From Eledone cirrhosa (Eukaryota): a stretch of 64,000 nt of DNA. Location: the NCBI GenBank assembly GCA_964016885.1, contig CAXHJY010000456.1, forward strand, positions 62,001-126,000. The letters run 5' to 3'. Below the pieces are notes generated by a model. That model did no database searches and was not told the origin of the DNA. It saw nothing but the letters and a program-made list of their open reading frames with translations. Both the position numbers and the translations under genes were made by a program. Shown here piece by piece: positions 10,531 through 21,720 of the stretch. Position 1 is the first letter of the stretch. Every line of letters starts with the position of its first letter.

Positions 10531-11489
10531 CCACAATCATCCCCACTCCTCATCTAGCTTTCTGTTACTTTCTACCTCACATACACAGACAATGTTTCAG
10601 CAAGATTATTTTGTGTTTTCACAGTATTTTCACTCTAACACTGAACAAACACAAAAATAAAATTTCTAACAGCTTTCATCACCAAATTAGTTTGTTCCAA
10701 AAACAGCCAGAAGAGAGTATGGCAGTAAAAAGCAGTGAAGAACATATTCTATGTTTGCAACTAGTCATCTTATCTTTGTTATTCAAATCTTCTTAACCAA
10801 AATAGATTATCCATATGAAATTGTCAATGATAGCATGCTCCTTAAGCAGCAAGATACCTGTCAGGAAAAGTTGAAGTATAATCCACAGTTACATTACCAT
10901 ATTTATTTTACGTGGAATCTAGTAGTATCTACTTGAAAAATGAATGTTTTTGAAATGTATTCTTTCTCCTCTGTCAAAAACGTTACACGTTTATTTACAT
11001 AACATTTAGTTTGGCATTTATCTGATGATGGTTGAAATGATTCTACCATTTCAATCTGAAGCTGAAACCTTCTCAACACATCAGATTTTAACCCTAATTG
11101 AAATACTATGCTTTAAGTTCAGCACAGTGCAACTATAGCAATAAACTTTGGCATGAAATTTTAAACATTATTTAGAGTGATGGTTGTGTGCATATATATA
11201 TATATATATCACATATACACACACACATTTCTTCTTAGCTTCGTATGGACGTATAATAACACACACACATGCACAAGTATAGCTCTTTTTACAAAACGGT
11301 TTATTTTCCATTTCAGGTAGACGCGCTCCATCATCCACTTTTCTAAAAAATAAATCATACACAAAACGCCAGCACCAACAGTTTTGCAAGAGATGTCAAC
11401 ATGAATGGACCTGTTATTTTTATCTAAAGACATTTTTTCCAATTCCAGCCCGCCCGTCGTCCCCTCTATCTATCTTATTTCTCATTCTT

Positions 11490-11525
11490 TCTTCTGATGA
11501 AGGACTAGCATCCGAAATGTTAAGA
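11490..11525 (+). ncRNA. Minimal hammerhead ribozyme motif, probably in a Penelope-like pseudo-LTR remnant (about 11290-11610)
   Basis: TCTT-CTGATGA-A-GGA ctagca TCC-GAAA-TG-TT-AAGA: 4-bp stem I, 3-bp stem II; GAAATGTT is one C>T change from the palindromic GAAACGTT. Confidence 0.6.
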
Positions 11526-11869
11526 CCCTCTTCCTGCTATATCAAGCGTTAACCTAATATATCCTTTCCATATACTGTACCGATTGTGTTGTTATTTCTG
11601 TTTCCCTTTTACATACATATATATAATATATATATAGTAATAATAATAAAATTGAAGACTAAAATCCAGCGAACGTTACCATGAACCAAAGTATCGTCTT
11701 CCTGTCTTCCTCCGGTTGCAACGTTTTTTGAAATATCCAGTTCTGCGTTTACAGATTGACTTTGTTAGTTTCAGAAGATCCCGTTAAGGGTGAAAGCAGC
11801 GATTCTTTGCTTAAACTTTAATCTGTTATTTTAATAAATAATAAATATATATATATATATATATTTATA

Positions 11870-12165
11870 TCATCATCATCATCATCATCATCACCGTTTT
11901 ACGTCCGTTCTTCCACGCTAGCATGGGTTAGACGGGTTGTCCTGTTGTGGGCAGTGTCTGGTCGGCTGACCATGCCTTGCTCATACAGGAACTGATTTGG
12001 CTTGATTTCTACAGCTGGATGCCCTTCCTAACACCAACCTCATTTACAGTGAGTGCTGGGTGCTTTTTCGTGGCGCCTACACGTCCACTTTACAGTGTGG
12101 GCTGGGTGCTTTTTTTGCCGTGGCACCTCCATGACCACCTTGCGGTGGGGGGGTGTAGGGGCATA
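11870..12165 (-). mobile_element. RTE-tailed SINE / LINE 3' end with two 48-bp-like internal units
   Basis: (CAT)n, CGTTTTACGTCCG, GCTGGATGCCCTTCCTAACACCAACC and two TTTACAGTG..GCTGGGTGCTTTT units. Confidence 0.8.
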
Positions 12166-12189
12166 TTGTCTATATATATATATATATGT

Positions 12190-15100
12190 GGAAGGATGTT
12201 AGGAAGGGCATCCAACCAGTGTATCAATGCCAAAACAATTATAAGCACAGCAACAAATATATAGGAGCAACAAAAATATGAAGACGTCGCATCTCAGAGT
12301 TGCAACACTTAATGTTGGCACTCTCACAGGTAGATCTGGTGAAATAGCGGAGATGTGCTGCGTGCAAGAGGTGAGATGGAGAGGTGCCTCTGCAAGACCA
12401 GTCGCAGACAAACATATTAGCTCTAAGCTTTTCTGGGTAGGTAAGGATGATGGGTTAGGGGGAGTAGGCATTTTCCTGGCTGAGGGATGGATCAATAAGA
12501 CAATAGAGGTAGTTTGAGTTAATAATCGAATAATTAAGCTTAGATTAGTTGTAGGCAGGAGACTACTGACAATCATCTCTGCCTAGGCAAAGAAGAGTAA
12601 GACTGCTTTTACGAACAACTTTTACAAACAACCGCAATGACAGAGGACGGAGACATCATTATGCTAGCAGGTGACTTCAATGGTCATGTTGGACAGCTCG
12701 AGGATGGTTACACTGGGGTACATGGTGGGCACGGTTACAGCTCAAGAAATGAAGAAGGAGTGAGACTTCTTGAATTTTGTGATGCAAGTACTATTTGCAA
12801 CACTAACTTCCAGAAACCTGTCAACCACCTAATAACCTACAAATCAGGCGAGCACATAAGCCAGATTGATTTCTTACTAGTTAGGCAGCAGGACAGGCAG
12901 ATGGTGTCAAATACCAAGGCATACCCTGGGGAAGAATGTACCCCACAGCATAGGTTAGTCGTTAGTGATATCTCGGAGGGCAAGAGATGGAATCAGACAT
13001 ACAGAAAGGTGTGGAGAAGAAAGGTCTGGAAGCTAAAAGACCTTTCACTAAAATACAAATTTAGGAAAGCCCTTCAAGATGTGTATGACGAAATGGAAGA
13101 TGATTTAGAGACGTATGACATAGACAATAACTGGAATTTCTTACATGACAACTTACTGCAGGCTACTGATGAAACTTGTGGCTGGAGCAGAGCTCCAACC
13201 AGACAGAGAGTGACCTGGTGGTGGAACAGCACAGTAGATAAGGCCATTAGAGACAAAAGACTAACATGGAAGGCTTGGAAAAAAGGTGGGAGTAGAGAAG
13301 GATATACAGCAGCTAAGAGAGAAGCTAGACATCAAGTGTACTTAGCACGCAGGGAGGCTGAGAGTAGGTGGTTTGCCAATGTTCTGTGACGGGAAGATCA
13401 GAGGCGTGAGGTGTTCCACATTGCAAGGCAGTGTTTCAATGCAAATCAGGATGTTGTTGGAGATAAATGTGTCTGGAATGATGCCGGTGTACTTAGTGTC
13501 ACAAATGATCAGAAGAAGGAGGCCTGGAAATGTCATTATGAGAGACTGATGAATGTGGAGAACGAATGGGAGAGAGAGAAATTACCCTCAGTAGATCCGA
13601 CAGAGGGACCAGCTATTGAGATTGACGAATATAGAGTCCAAGAGGCGATTAAGGAAATGAAAAATGGTAAGGCTGCTGGACCATCGGGGATAGTTGCTGA
13701 GATGCTGAAGGCATCAGGAGACGTAGGCACTAAACTGGTTGCACGCATCATCAATGAGGCTATATATGGTGGTGTCATACTCAAAGACTGGTGCAGCAGT
13801 ATTCTCATAAATTGCTACAAAGGTAAAGGGGATGCTCTGGAGAGGAGCAATTATAGGGGTATAAAACTGATGGATCAGGTTATGAAAGTGGCAGAAAGGA
13901 TATTAGCACAACTAATTAGAGAAAGGGTCAAACTAGATGAGATGCAGTTTGGTTTTGTGCCTGGGAAAAGTACAACAGATCCCCTCTTCTTGGTGAGACA
14001 ATTACAAAAGAGGTTCTTAGAGAAGAATAAGCCACTATACTTAGCCTTTGTTGACCTAGAGAAGGCCTTTGATAGGGTACCCCGATCTGTCATCTGGTGG
14101 TCCCTAAGGAAACTAGGTGTTGAGGAATGGCTTGTGAGGACAGAGCAAACTTTGTACAGAGGTGCTGTCAGTAAAGTCAGGGTAGGAATGGAGTTTAGTG
14201 AGGAATTCCAGATACAAGTAGTAGTACATCAAGGTTCTGTCCTCAGCCCGCTCTTGTTCATTCTAGTCCTCCAAGCCATAACAGAGGAGTTTAAGACTGG
14301 CTGTCCATGGGAACTTCTCTATGCTGACGATCTGGTTCTTATAGCAGAATCAGTAGAGGAGCTAGAGAATAAATTCTGGCTGTTGGAAACAGCAGTTGGA
14401 AGCAAGAGGACTGAGAGTGAACCTAGCTAAGACAAAAGTGTTGATGAGTAGAAAAGAGGACAAAACTCTGATTCCATCAGGGAAATGGCCATGTTCGATA
14501 TGCAGAAAAGGAACTGGCATAAATTCTATAAAATGCACACAATGCAGATCCTGTGTGCACAAGAGATGTAGTGGGATAGCAGGCAAACTAACAGGTAGGG
14601 AGAAATACGTGTGCAGTAGATGTACAGGGAAATTAGACAGTAGAAGTTGCATTGATAGACACATTTTTCAAGTGCAGGCGGATGCTATAGAAGTGGTGGA
14701 TAGCTTCCGGTACCTAGGAGATCAGATTAGCATGGGAGGGGGTGTTCCGAAGCCATAGTATCTAGAATAAGGACGGGTTGGAAGAAGTTTAGGGAGCTGC
14801 TTCCTCTGCTGACGAAGAAGGGTATGAAAGGCCGGTTATATGATGCCTGTGTGAGGAGCGCGATGCTGCATGGTAGTGAGACATGGGCAGCAACTGCAGA
14901 GGATATGCGACACCTGGAGAGAAAGGAGGCAAGCTTGAACGACCCAGCATGGATGTGTTGAGAGAGAAACTGCGTCTGAGAAGTATAGAATGTAGTGTGC
15001 GAGAGAGGAGACTGCGGTGGTATGGACATGTGATGCGCATGGAGGATGACCGATGGGTGAAGAAATGCCAGGAAATGCCAGTTGAAGGAAGACGTGGTAG

Positions 15101-15273
15101 AGGTAGACCACGAAAAACATGGGCGGAGGTGGTGAGAACAGACCTCAGATCACTGAAGCTCACGGTGGAGATGACGAAGGACCGGGACAAGTGGAGAGAT
15201 GCTGTGCTGAATAAGACCCGTCCCACCCTTGCAAGCAGGGAAAAGCGGACGTAAAATGATGATGATGATGATG
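12190..15273 (+). mobile_element. Near full-length decayed RTE-clade LINE (APE endonuclease, RT, PHD finger, (ATG)n tail)
   Basis: ATLNVGTL/CVQEVRW, AGDFNGHVG, SQIDFLL, FVDLEKAFDRVP, HQGSVLSPLLF, LLYADDL, C4HC3 finger 14492-14623, RRLRWYGHVMR, GRGRPRKTW, stop at 15254 then (ATG)n. Stops, frameshifts and internal deletions; (TA)n on both flanks. Confidence 0.96.
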
Positions 15274-15382
15274 TGTGTGGGTGTATATATATATATATAT
15301 ATATATTTGGTTATAGCATAGTACTTCACTATTTTAAAAGGTAAGATGAGCTTGATGTACTTTACCGTCCTCTGTTCTTCAG

Positions 15383-15497
15383 GAGTGAAAAGAAACTGGA
15401 TGAATTAAGGGCAGTTCAGGTAGCAGCAGAGCATTTTAAGAATTCAAGTTTTAAGAAAACCTTGGAAGAATCTGACTCCCACATGGAATGTTTTTGA
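15383..15497 (+). CDS. Possible isolated terminal exon of an unknown host gene
   Basis: Polypyrimidine tract TTTTACCGTCCTCTGTTCTTCAG followed by an open frame SEKKLDELRAVQVAAEHFKNSSFKKTLEESDSHMECF*; no homology recognised. Confidence 0.2.
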
Positions 15498-15824
15498 TTT
15501 AGCACCATTTATCCAAACACAAATACTTGGGCATTTGTATAGAGACCTCAGGACAACAAGAAGCTGACCATCAATCCCATACTCCTGCAGAACCTTCTAT
15601 ATATAGCTATAGATCCTACTGTTTATTACTTTGGTATAATTTTAGGAAGAGACAAAAGAATGAAGAAAGGTGAAATATAAATATTGTCATCACCATTGTT
15701 GTTCTCATATCTATATATTTCTTACAATATTATATTTGGGGTTTCTTGCAGTATTACAGCAGCTTTTTATTTATAGATTATCTTATTCTATTGGTTACCG
15801 TCTTTTTATATTTTATTGTATTAA

Positions 15825-16162
15825 TTGTTGATGTGAAAGAAAGACAGAGCTTGGATGAGTTGAGGGAGAAGCTGAGTTTAAGAGGAATTCAAAGTGGTGT
15901 GCAAGAGAGAAGACTGCATTGGTATGGACATGTGATGTACATGAATGATAATCACTGAGTGAAGGTAATCCTAGTGGAAGCAAGCCACAGTAGCGGTAGA
16001 CCAAGTAAGACTTGGGAAGCAGTGGTGAGAACTGATCTCAAATCACTGAAACTCACAGAGGAGATGACAAAGGAATGCAATAAGTGGAGAGATGCTGTGC
16101 TGAAAAGAACCCATCCAATCCATGCAAGTGTGGAAAAGCAGACGTACAAACGATGATGATAA
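15825..16162 (+). mobile_element. 5'-truncated RTE 3' fragment related to 12190-15273
   Basis: LREKLSLRGIQSGVQERRLHWYGHVM..GRPSKTWEAVVRTDLKSL..KWRDAVL, with ACGATGATGAT tail. Confidence 0.9.
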
Positions 16163-16459
16163 TGGTTAGACATCATGTATATTAAAATCAGATTATTTAT
16201 TTCAGTTTCTCGCTTAGACCTTTTGAACCATCATCAGTATTCATCTAACATCCATATTTCCATGCTGGCACAAGTCTAATTGTGTGTATCCAGTTTAGAA
16301 TAAAAGGGTTGGTAACAGGAAGGGCTTCTAACTCTAAAATGTAGCCTTAAAAACGATCCTATGGTTTGTATGAAACCTATTGTAGTGCACACAATACTAA
16401 CTTCCTTTTAGCAGCAAAAATGGCCTTAAACATTTTGTGATGTAAACATTGATACCATT

Positions 16460-16830
16460 ATTATAGCCAAGGACAGGCAGTTTTTATCTGTCTGGTGGCC
16501 ATGGCGAAAGAGATAGTGTGGTGGACGCGTTTGAAAGGGTTGAAGATGAACACTTACCTCTTCGGTAATGCCCTGATTAACTTTTTCAAATTTCATTGAA
16601 AAGGAAAATCAGGGTAGAGAGGGAAGTACTCTCTTCCCAGCATTTTGTTGAAAGATGGGTGAGAGAGGCAAGCATGGCCCAAGTAAATGGACCTACTCTG
16701 AGTATGCGCCTGTAAATTGAAGGTGGAAAACTGGGAGAGGTCACTTGCCCTGGTGGTCAGGTTTACTGTGGCTTTTTTTAATGGGCTTTCTCTACGAATA
16801 TCCCTCTGAAGTCCCCCCCCCCCTATTGGG
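16460..16830 (+). mobile_element. Tx1/L1-like ORF2 C-terminus and 3' UTR remnant
   Basis: GQAVFICLVAMAKEIVWWTRLKGLK..LINFFKFH / KRKIRVEREVLSSQHFVERWVREASMAQVNGPTLSMRL* (stop 16713-16715); KxxxWxxR and F.ERW are L1/Tx1-type terminal motifs. Confidence 0.55.
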
Positions 16831-17895
16831 GAATTTTTCATTGTTTTTTTGTTACATCCTCTGTTGTTGTTTTTTACATGCAAAAATGCCCATTTGTACC
16901 GTCCTGTGGGGTTCCAAAGAACACGTCCACGGTTCCATATTTTTGCCCATGTCTGATGTGGGTTTTTTAAGCCCACACATGTCCCAAAGCTTTTTGTATC
17001 TTTTTGTATTTTTTTACCATTCGCTTGGCTTCATTCAATTCTTCCTGATTTACCTCCACCGTTTCATTTTTGTTTGCCGCTTTAGCAAATGACACATTTG
17101 GTTTTGCACTGGTGTTGATGTTGTTGTTGTTGTTCTTATTGTTGTTGTTGATGCTGTTGTTATTGTTATTTTTGTTATTATTATTTTTAGTTTCAGTTGT
17201 GGTGGTGGTGGTGGTGGTGGTGGTGTCAGTGGCGTTCGGCATGGCAGAGTCGATTTTCGGAGAATCCATTTCGATATCACGAGAAAATAATTTATTTTTT
17301 GTTTCAGTTGTTGCTGTGGTGGTGGTAGTGGTATCAGTGGTGATGGTTGTTCTTTTTGACATTGTGGTGGTGAGGATGGTGGCGTTAACACCTGTAGACA
17401 TTGATAATGGCGGGAAATCCATGTCTGTATGTGACAAATCTAAATAATTGCCATTGTTATTACTTATATTTTCAGTGTTGGCATTTTTTTCTGTTGTCTG
17501 TATTTTGGTTGTCGCTGTTATTGTTGTAGTTGGTGTGGTAATTTTTAAAAAATTAGTGTTCTCAGTCTTGTCTTTCTTCACGTTGTTTGTGGTAGTGTTT
17601 GTTGCTTGAATTTTTGTAACCCTCCTCTCAACTTTTACGCCGTTGTTCCATGACAGCAGACATATTGCTGGGGGGTGTGGCTCAACCATGTTTTTTTTTA
17701 TTTTTAAAAGTAAAATGTTCATATATTAATCCAATATTTGGGCCAAAAGGCCCAAATATTATACTTTCCCCTTCCCAGGGCCAAGTCCAAAAGCTTATAT
17801 CCCTTACAGAACAAGAAAAATTAAACAACAAATAATTATAACAGGTAAATAAAGCGACTTACTGGGAGCGAGCAAAAAGACGTCTGAACAGACCA
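16830..17895 (-). mobile_element. Probable LINE (Tx1/L1-like) 5' UTR and T/N-rich ORF1 N-terminus
   Basis: ORF 16967-17722 with low-complexity T/N runs, DFPPL and SFAKAA motifs common in LINE ORF1 disordered regions; putative 5' end GTTCAGACGTCTTTTTGCTCGCTCC abuts (AAT)n. Confidence 0.45.
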
Positions 17896-17939
17896 ATAAT
17901 AATAATAATAATAATAAGGATAATGGTTAGCATTATTAT

Positions 17940-18288
17940 TATTTTCACTCAGCATTCCATTGTTATTCTGGGGTTTTGGGATTGTTAGATAGCAAGCTAC
18001 ATCTCACAGCCTTTCTTCTTATGGTTCTTGTTCGCAAAGCAAACAAATTTGTCAAAGAATTAGGAAATTAACCTTTATGGCCAACATTTCCAACCCATCA
18101 GTTAAACTTCTTGTGACTGTCCCTGAAGCACCAATTACAATTGTGATGATAACAATTTTACAGTAATACCAGATTCTCAACATTTCATATTTTAAATTTT
18201 AGTATTCTCCATTTTCTTACATTCTTTGTCTACCATTTTTGTATCTAATGGACTAGCATCAATTAAGCAATACTCTCTTCTATTGTTA
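17940..18288 (-). mobile_element. R4/Dong-like (restriction-like endonuclease) retrotransposon 3' remnant
   Basis: YCLIDASPLDTKMVDKECKKMENTKNLKYEMLRIW..IVIITIVIGASGTV resembles the recalled CxxIDxxxPxD..KExEKxxKYxxL..RxW..IPIVIGALG motif; ends in (TAA)n, the known Dong-type target. Confidence 0.65.
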
Positions 18289-18430
18289 TCATCATCATCA
18301 TCATCATCGTTAGCATGGATTAGACAAGTTGTCTCGTTTGAGGCAAGTTGGGTCAGGTGACCGTGTCTTGCTCACACAGAACTGTTTCTAGTTTGGTTTC
18401 TGTGGCTGGATACCCTTCTTAATGCCAACC
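18288..18430 (-). mobile_element. RTE-tailed SINE/LINE 3' end contiguous with the 48-bp array
   Basis: (CAT)n, TAGCATGGATTAGAC, GCTGGATACCCTTCTTAATGCCAACCAC. Confidence 0.75.
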
Positions 18431-19732
18431 ACATTTACAGTGTGGGCTGGATGCTTTTGTCGTGACATCTACATGACCACTTTACAGCTGGGGCTGGGTG
18501 CTTTTTGTCGTGACACCTACACAACCACTTTACAGTGTGGGCTAGGTGCTTTTTGTCGTGACACCTACACAACCACTTTACAGTGTGGGCTAGGTGCTTT
18601 TTGTCGTGACACCTACACAACCACTTTACAGTGTGGGCTGGATGCTTTTTGTCATGACATCTACATGACCACTTTACAGTGTGGGCTAGGTGCTTTTTGT
18701 CGTGACACCTACACGACCACTTTACAGCTGGGGCTGGGTGCTTTTTGTCGTGACACCTACATGACCACTTTACAGCTGGGGCTGGGTGCTTTTTGTCGTG
18801 ACACCTACACAACCATGTTACAGTGTGGGCTAGGTGCTTTTTGTCGTGACACCTACACAACCACTTTACAGTGTGGGCTAGGTGCTTTTTGTCGTGACAC
18901 CTACACAACCACTTTACAGTGTGGGCTAGGTGCTTTTTGTTGTGACACCTACACAACCACTTTACAGTGTGGGCTGGATGCTTTTTGTCATGACATCTAC
19001 ATGACCACTTTACAGTGTGGGCTAGGTGCTTTTTGTCGTGACACCTACACGACCACTTTACAGCTGGGGCTGGGTGCTTTTTGTCGTGACACCTACACAA
19101 CCATGTTACAGTGTGGGCTAGGTGCTTTTTGTCGTGACACCTACACAACCACTTTACAGTGTGGGCTGGATGCTTTTTGTCATGACATCTACATGACCAC
19201 TTTACAGTGTGGGCTAGGTGCTTTTTGTCGTGACACCTACACAACCACTTTACAGTGTGGGCTGGATGCTTTTTGTCGTGACACCTACACAACCACTTTA
19301 CAGTGTGGGCTAGGTGCTTTTTGTCGTGACACCTACACGACCACTTTACAGCTGGGGCTGGGTGCTTTTTGTCGTGACACCTACACAACCACTTTACAGT
19401 GTGGGCTAGGTGCTTTTTGTCGTGACACCTACACGACCACTTTACAGCTGGGGCTGGGTGCTTTTTGTCGTGACACCTACATGACCACTTTACAGCTGGG
19501 GCTGGGTGCTTTTTGTCATGACACCTACATGACCACTTTACAGCTGGGGCTGGGTGCTTTTTGTCGTGACACCTACACGACCACTTTACAGTGTGGGCTA
19601 GGTGCTTTTTGTCATGACATCTACACGACCACTTTACAGTGTGGGCTAGGTGCTTTTTGTCATGACACCTACACAACCACTTTACAGTGTGGGCTAGGTG
19701 CTTTTTGTCATGACATCTACACGACCACTTTG
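18428..19732. repeat. 48-bp minisatellite, about 27 copies
   Basis: Unit CCACTTTACAGTGTGGGCTAGGTGCTTTTTGTCGTGACACCTACACAA; 16-aa periodicity in the ORF track. Confidence 0.97.
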
Positions 19733-19795
19733 CAACAATATCAGGATGTGAATATTCCATTTGCTAATCTAATTCAATCTTCATACCCTATGGTA

Positions 19796-19855
19796 CAGCA
19801 GTCCCCAACCTTTTTTGCGCCATGAACCAATGTCATGCAAGACAATATCTCCACC
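19796..19855. mobile_element. hAT/Charlie (MER1-like) terminal remnant
   Basis: CAGCAGTCCCCAACCTTTTT..TCATGCAAGACAAT resembles the recalled CAGnGGTCCCCAACCTTTTT..TCATGGAAGACAAT terminus; no partner TIR seen. Confidence 0.45.
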
Positions 19856-19918
19856 ACTTTTTCACATGCTCAAATTACGAACCTTTTACATATTTACCAA
19901 TATAAGATTGCAGCAACT

Positions 19919-20226
19919 TATGTGGGTAGGCTGAAAAGTTCATAGGTTGACCAAGATTCTCTCATGGAATGACCAAGTGAGGATTATTTTTCAACATAGT
20001 CCCTGGAAGGAAACAATGCATTTATTAATAAGAAGAGTTGAAATTAATCCATACAAGATTTCATAGCTCTAGCATCACTCCTTTGTAGGCTGACCAAGAT
20101 ACTCTCATGGAATGACCAAATGAGGTTTATTTTTCAACATAGTCCCTGGAAAGAAACAATGCAGTTATTAATAAGAAGTGTTGAACCTTCATAGTCAGCC
20201 TATAAACTTTTCAGCCAATCCTCATA
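19919..20226. mobile_element. Tc1/mariner-like MITE with a ~100-bp internal duplication
   Basis: Same TIRs and interior as 6688-6885; 19943-20042 is repeated at 20086-20185. Confidence 0.8.
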
Positions 20227-20252
20227 TAATCATTTTGAGCAAACAACTTACA

Positions 20253-20473
20253 TTAACCCTTTAACATTTACTATATAAACTATTGTATTTTCACGGTAAA
20301 GGCTTTATCTTACATAATATCTCACATAATATCGAATCTGTGAGATTTTGATATTATTCATTTTGAGGACAATACCTTGGCATCAGTATGAGCAGCTGTT
20401 TACAGCTGGTTTGAACAGAAAGAGATGAGAAAGTTCTGGCCGGTTACGGTCGGTTTAAATGCTAAAGGGGTAA
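20253..20473. mobile_element. piggyBac-like MITE
   Basis: TTAA-CCCTTTAACATTTA ... TAAATGCTAAAGGG-GTAA: CCC/GGG termini with TTAA-like target duplication. Confidence 0.65.
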
Positions 20474-20571
20474 GATACTTGCACCAACAGTGCTTCCCTT
20501 TCACTCCAGTTTATATGTAGCCAAGATGGCTTCATTTGTGTTCTTTCTGATGTATCATATTCTCGTTGCTT

Positions 20572-20579
20572 GTTGTTGT

Positions 20580-20634
<55 letters not shown>

Positions 20635-20790
20635 GGTGGTGGTGGTGGTGGTTATTTTGATGATGATGGTGGTGGTGGAGGTGATGATGATGGTGGTGGT
20701 GGTGGTGATGGTGATGATGTTGATGGTGGTTTGGTGGAGGTGGTGATGATGATGATCATCATCATCCTCATCATCATCAACATCATTATT
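20572..20790. repeat. Compound (GTT)(GAT)(GGT)(CAT) triplet microsatellite
   Basis: Direct reading. Confidence 0.92.
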
Positions 20791-20801
20791 ATCAATTCTA
20801 A

Positions 20802-21018
20802 GGGCGGTGGATTGGCAGTATCGGTAGAAGGTCGGACGCCATGCTTTGACGCATAGAGTTATGGCCCTTGCCATTCTGAGTTCAAATCCCGCCGAGGTTA
20901 ACTTTGCCTTTCATCATAACTTTTCCTTTCAGCCTTTCATCCAGGGTCGATAAAATAAAGTACCAGTAATACACTGGGTAATTGCTGGCCTTGTGCCAAA
21001 AGTAGAAACAATTATTAT
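20802..21018 (+). mobile_element. tRNA-derived SINE with Nin/Deu-like central domain
   Basis: TGGCAGTATCGG (A box), GTTCAAATCC (B box), GCCTTTCATCC..GGGTCGATAAAATAAAGTACCAG, ATT tail. Confidence 0.85.
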
Positions 21019-21190
21019 CAATTCTATTATAGTAAAGATGATGCACTAAATAAGAACCACATACATACCCCATACATTTTCCCCAATGGCTGACTGTTGA
21101 TATTCAATGAGGAAACCTTAAATATATAAAACTGCCATGTTTATACATCAATGAAATTTTTATTGCTATCTTTAAACTGTTTCATTGTAC

Positions 21191-21393
21191 ATAATAATAA
21201 TTGTTTCTACTTTTGGCACAAGGCCAGCAATTACCCCAGTACATTACTGGTACTTTATTTTATCGACCTCGTTCGTAATGATGAAAGGCGAAGTTGACCT
21301 CGGCAGGATTTGAACCCAGAATGGCAAGGGCCATAACTCTATGCGTAAAACATGGCGTCCGACCCTCTACCGATACTGCCAATCCACCGCCCC
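21191..21393 (-). mobile_element. Same SINE family, inverted copy
   Basis: Reverse complement of 20802-21018 with high similarity. Confidence 0.88.
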
Positions 21394-21460
21394 CAACATA
21401 ATAATAATTATTATTATTTCTTTATTCAATAATAATGATAATCATTATTACTATTACTAT

Positions 21461-21700
21461 TGAGTTCAAATCCCGCCAAGGTTAATTTTGCCTTTCATCT
21501 TTACGGGGTCGATAAAATAAAGTACCAGTAATGTACTGGATAATTGCTGGCCTTGTGCCAAAAGTAGAAACAATTATTATTATTACTATTATTGTGGATT
21601 GATAAAATAAACTACCAGTAATAAACTGGGTCAATTAATTGACTTTCCCCTCCCCCAAAATTGTTGGCCTTGTGCCTAAATCAGAAACCATTATTATTGT
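21461..21700 (+). mobile_element. Two 5'-truncated copies of the same SINE (21461-21580, ~21595-21700)
   Basis: GAGTTCAAATCCCGCC..GGGGTCGATAAAATAAAGTACCAG..GGCCTTGTGCC, each ending in (ATT)n. Confidence 0.8.
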
Positions 21701-21720
21701 TATTATTTCTTTATTAAATA

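Noticed and set aside
11770-11800. CAGAAGA-TCCC-GTTAA-GGG-TGAAA as a hammerhead
   Set aside because: Core U4 is replaced by A and no stem I or III could be formed.
18428-19732. CRISPR array or metal-binding repeat protein
   Set aside because: Head-to-tail units with no unique spacers, eukaryotic context, and the unit derives from a retroposon tail.
20802-20895. tRNA genes at SINE heads (also ~22060-22135 and ~63690-63763)
   Set aside because: A and B boxes are present but no cloverleaf was evident, and each continues into a SINE body.
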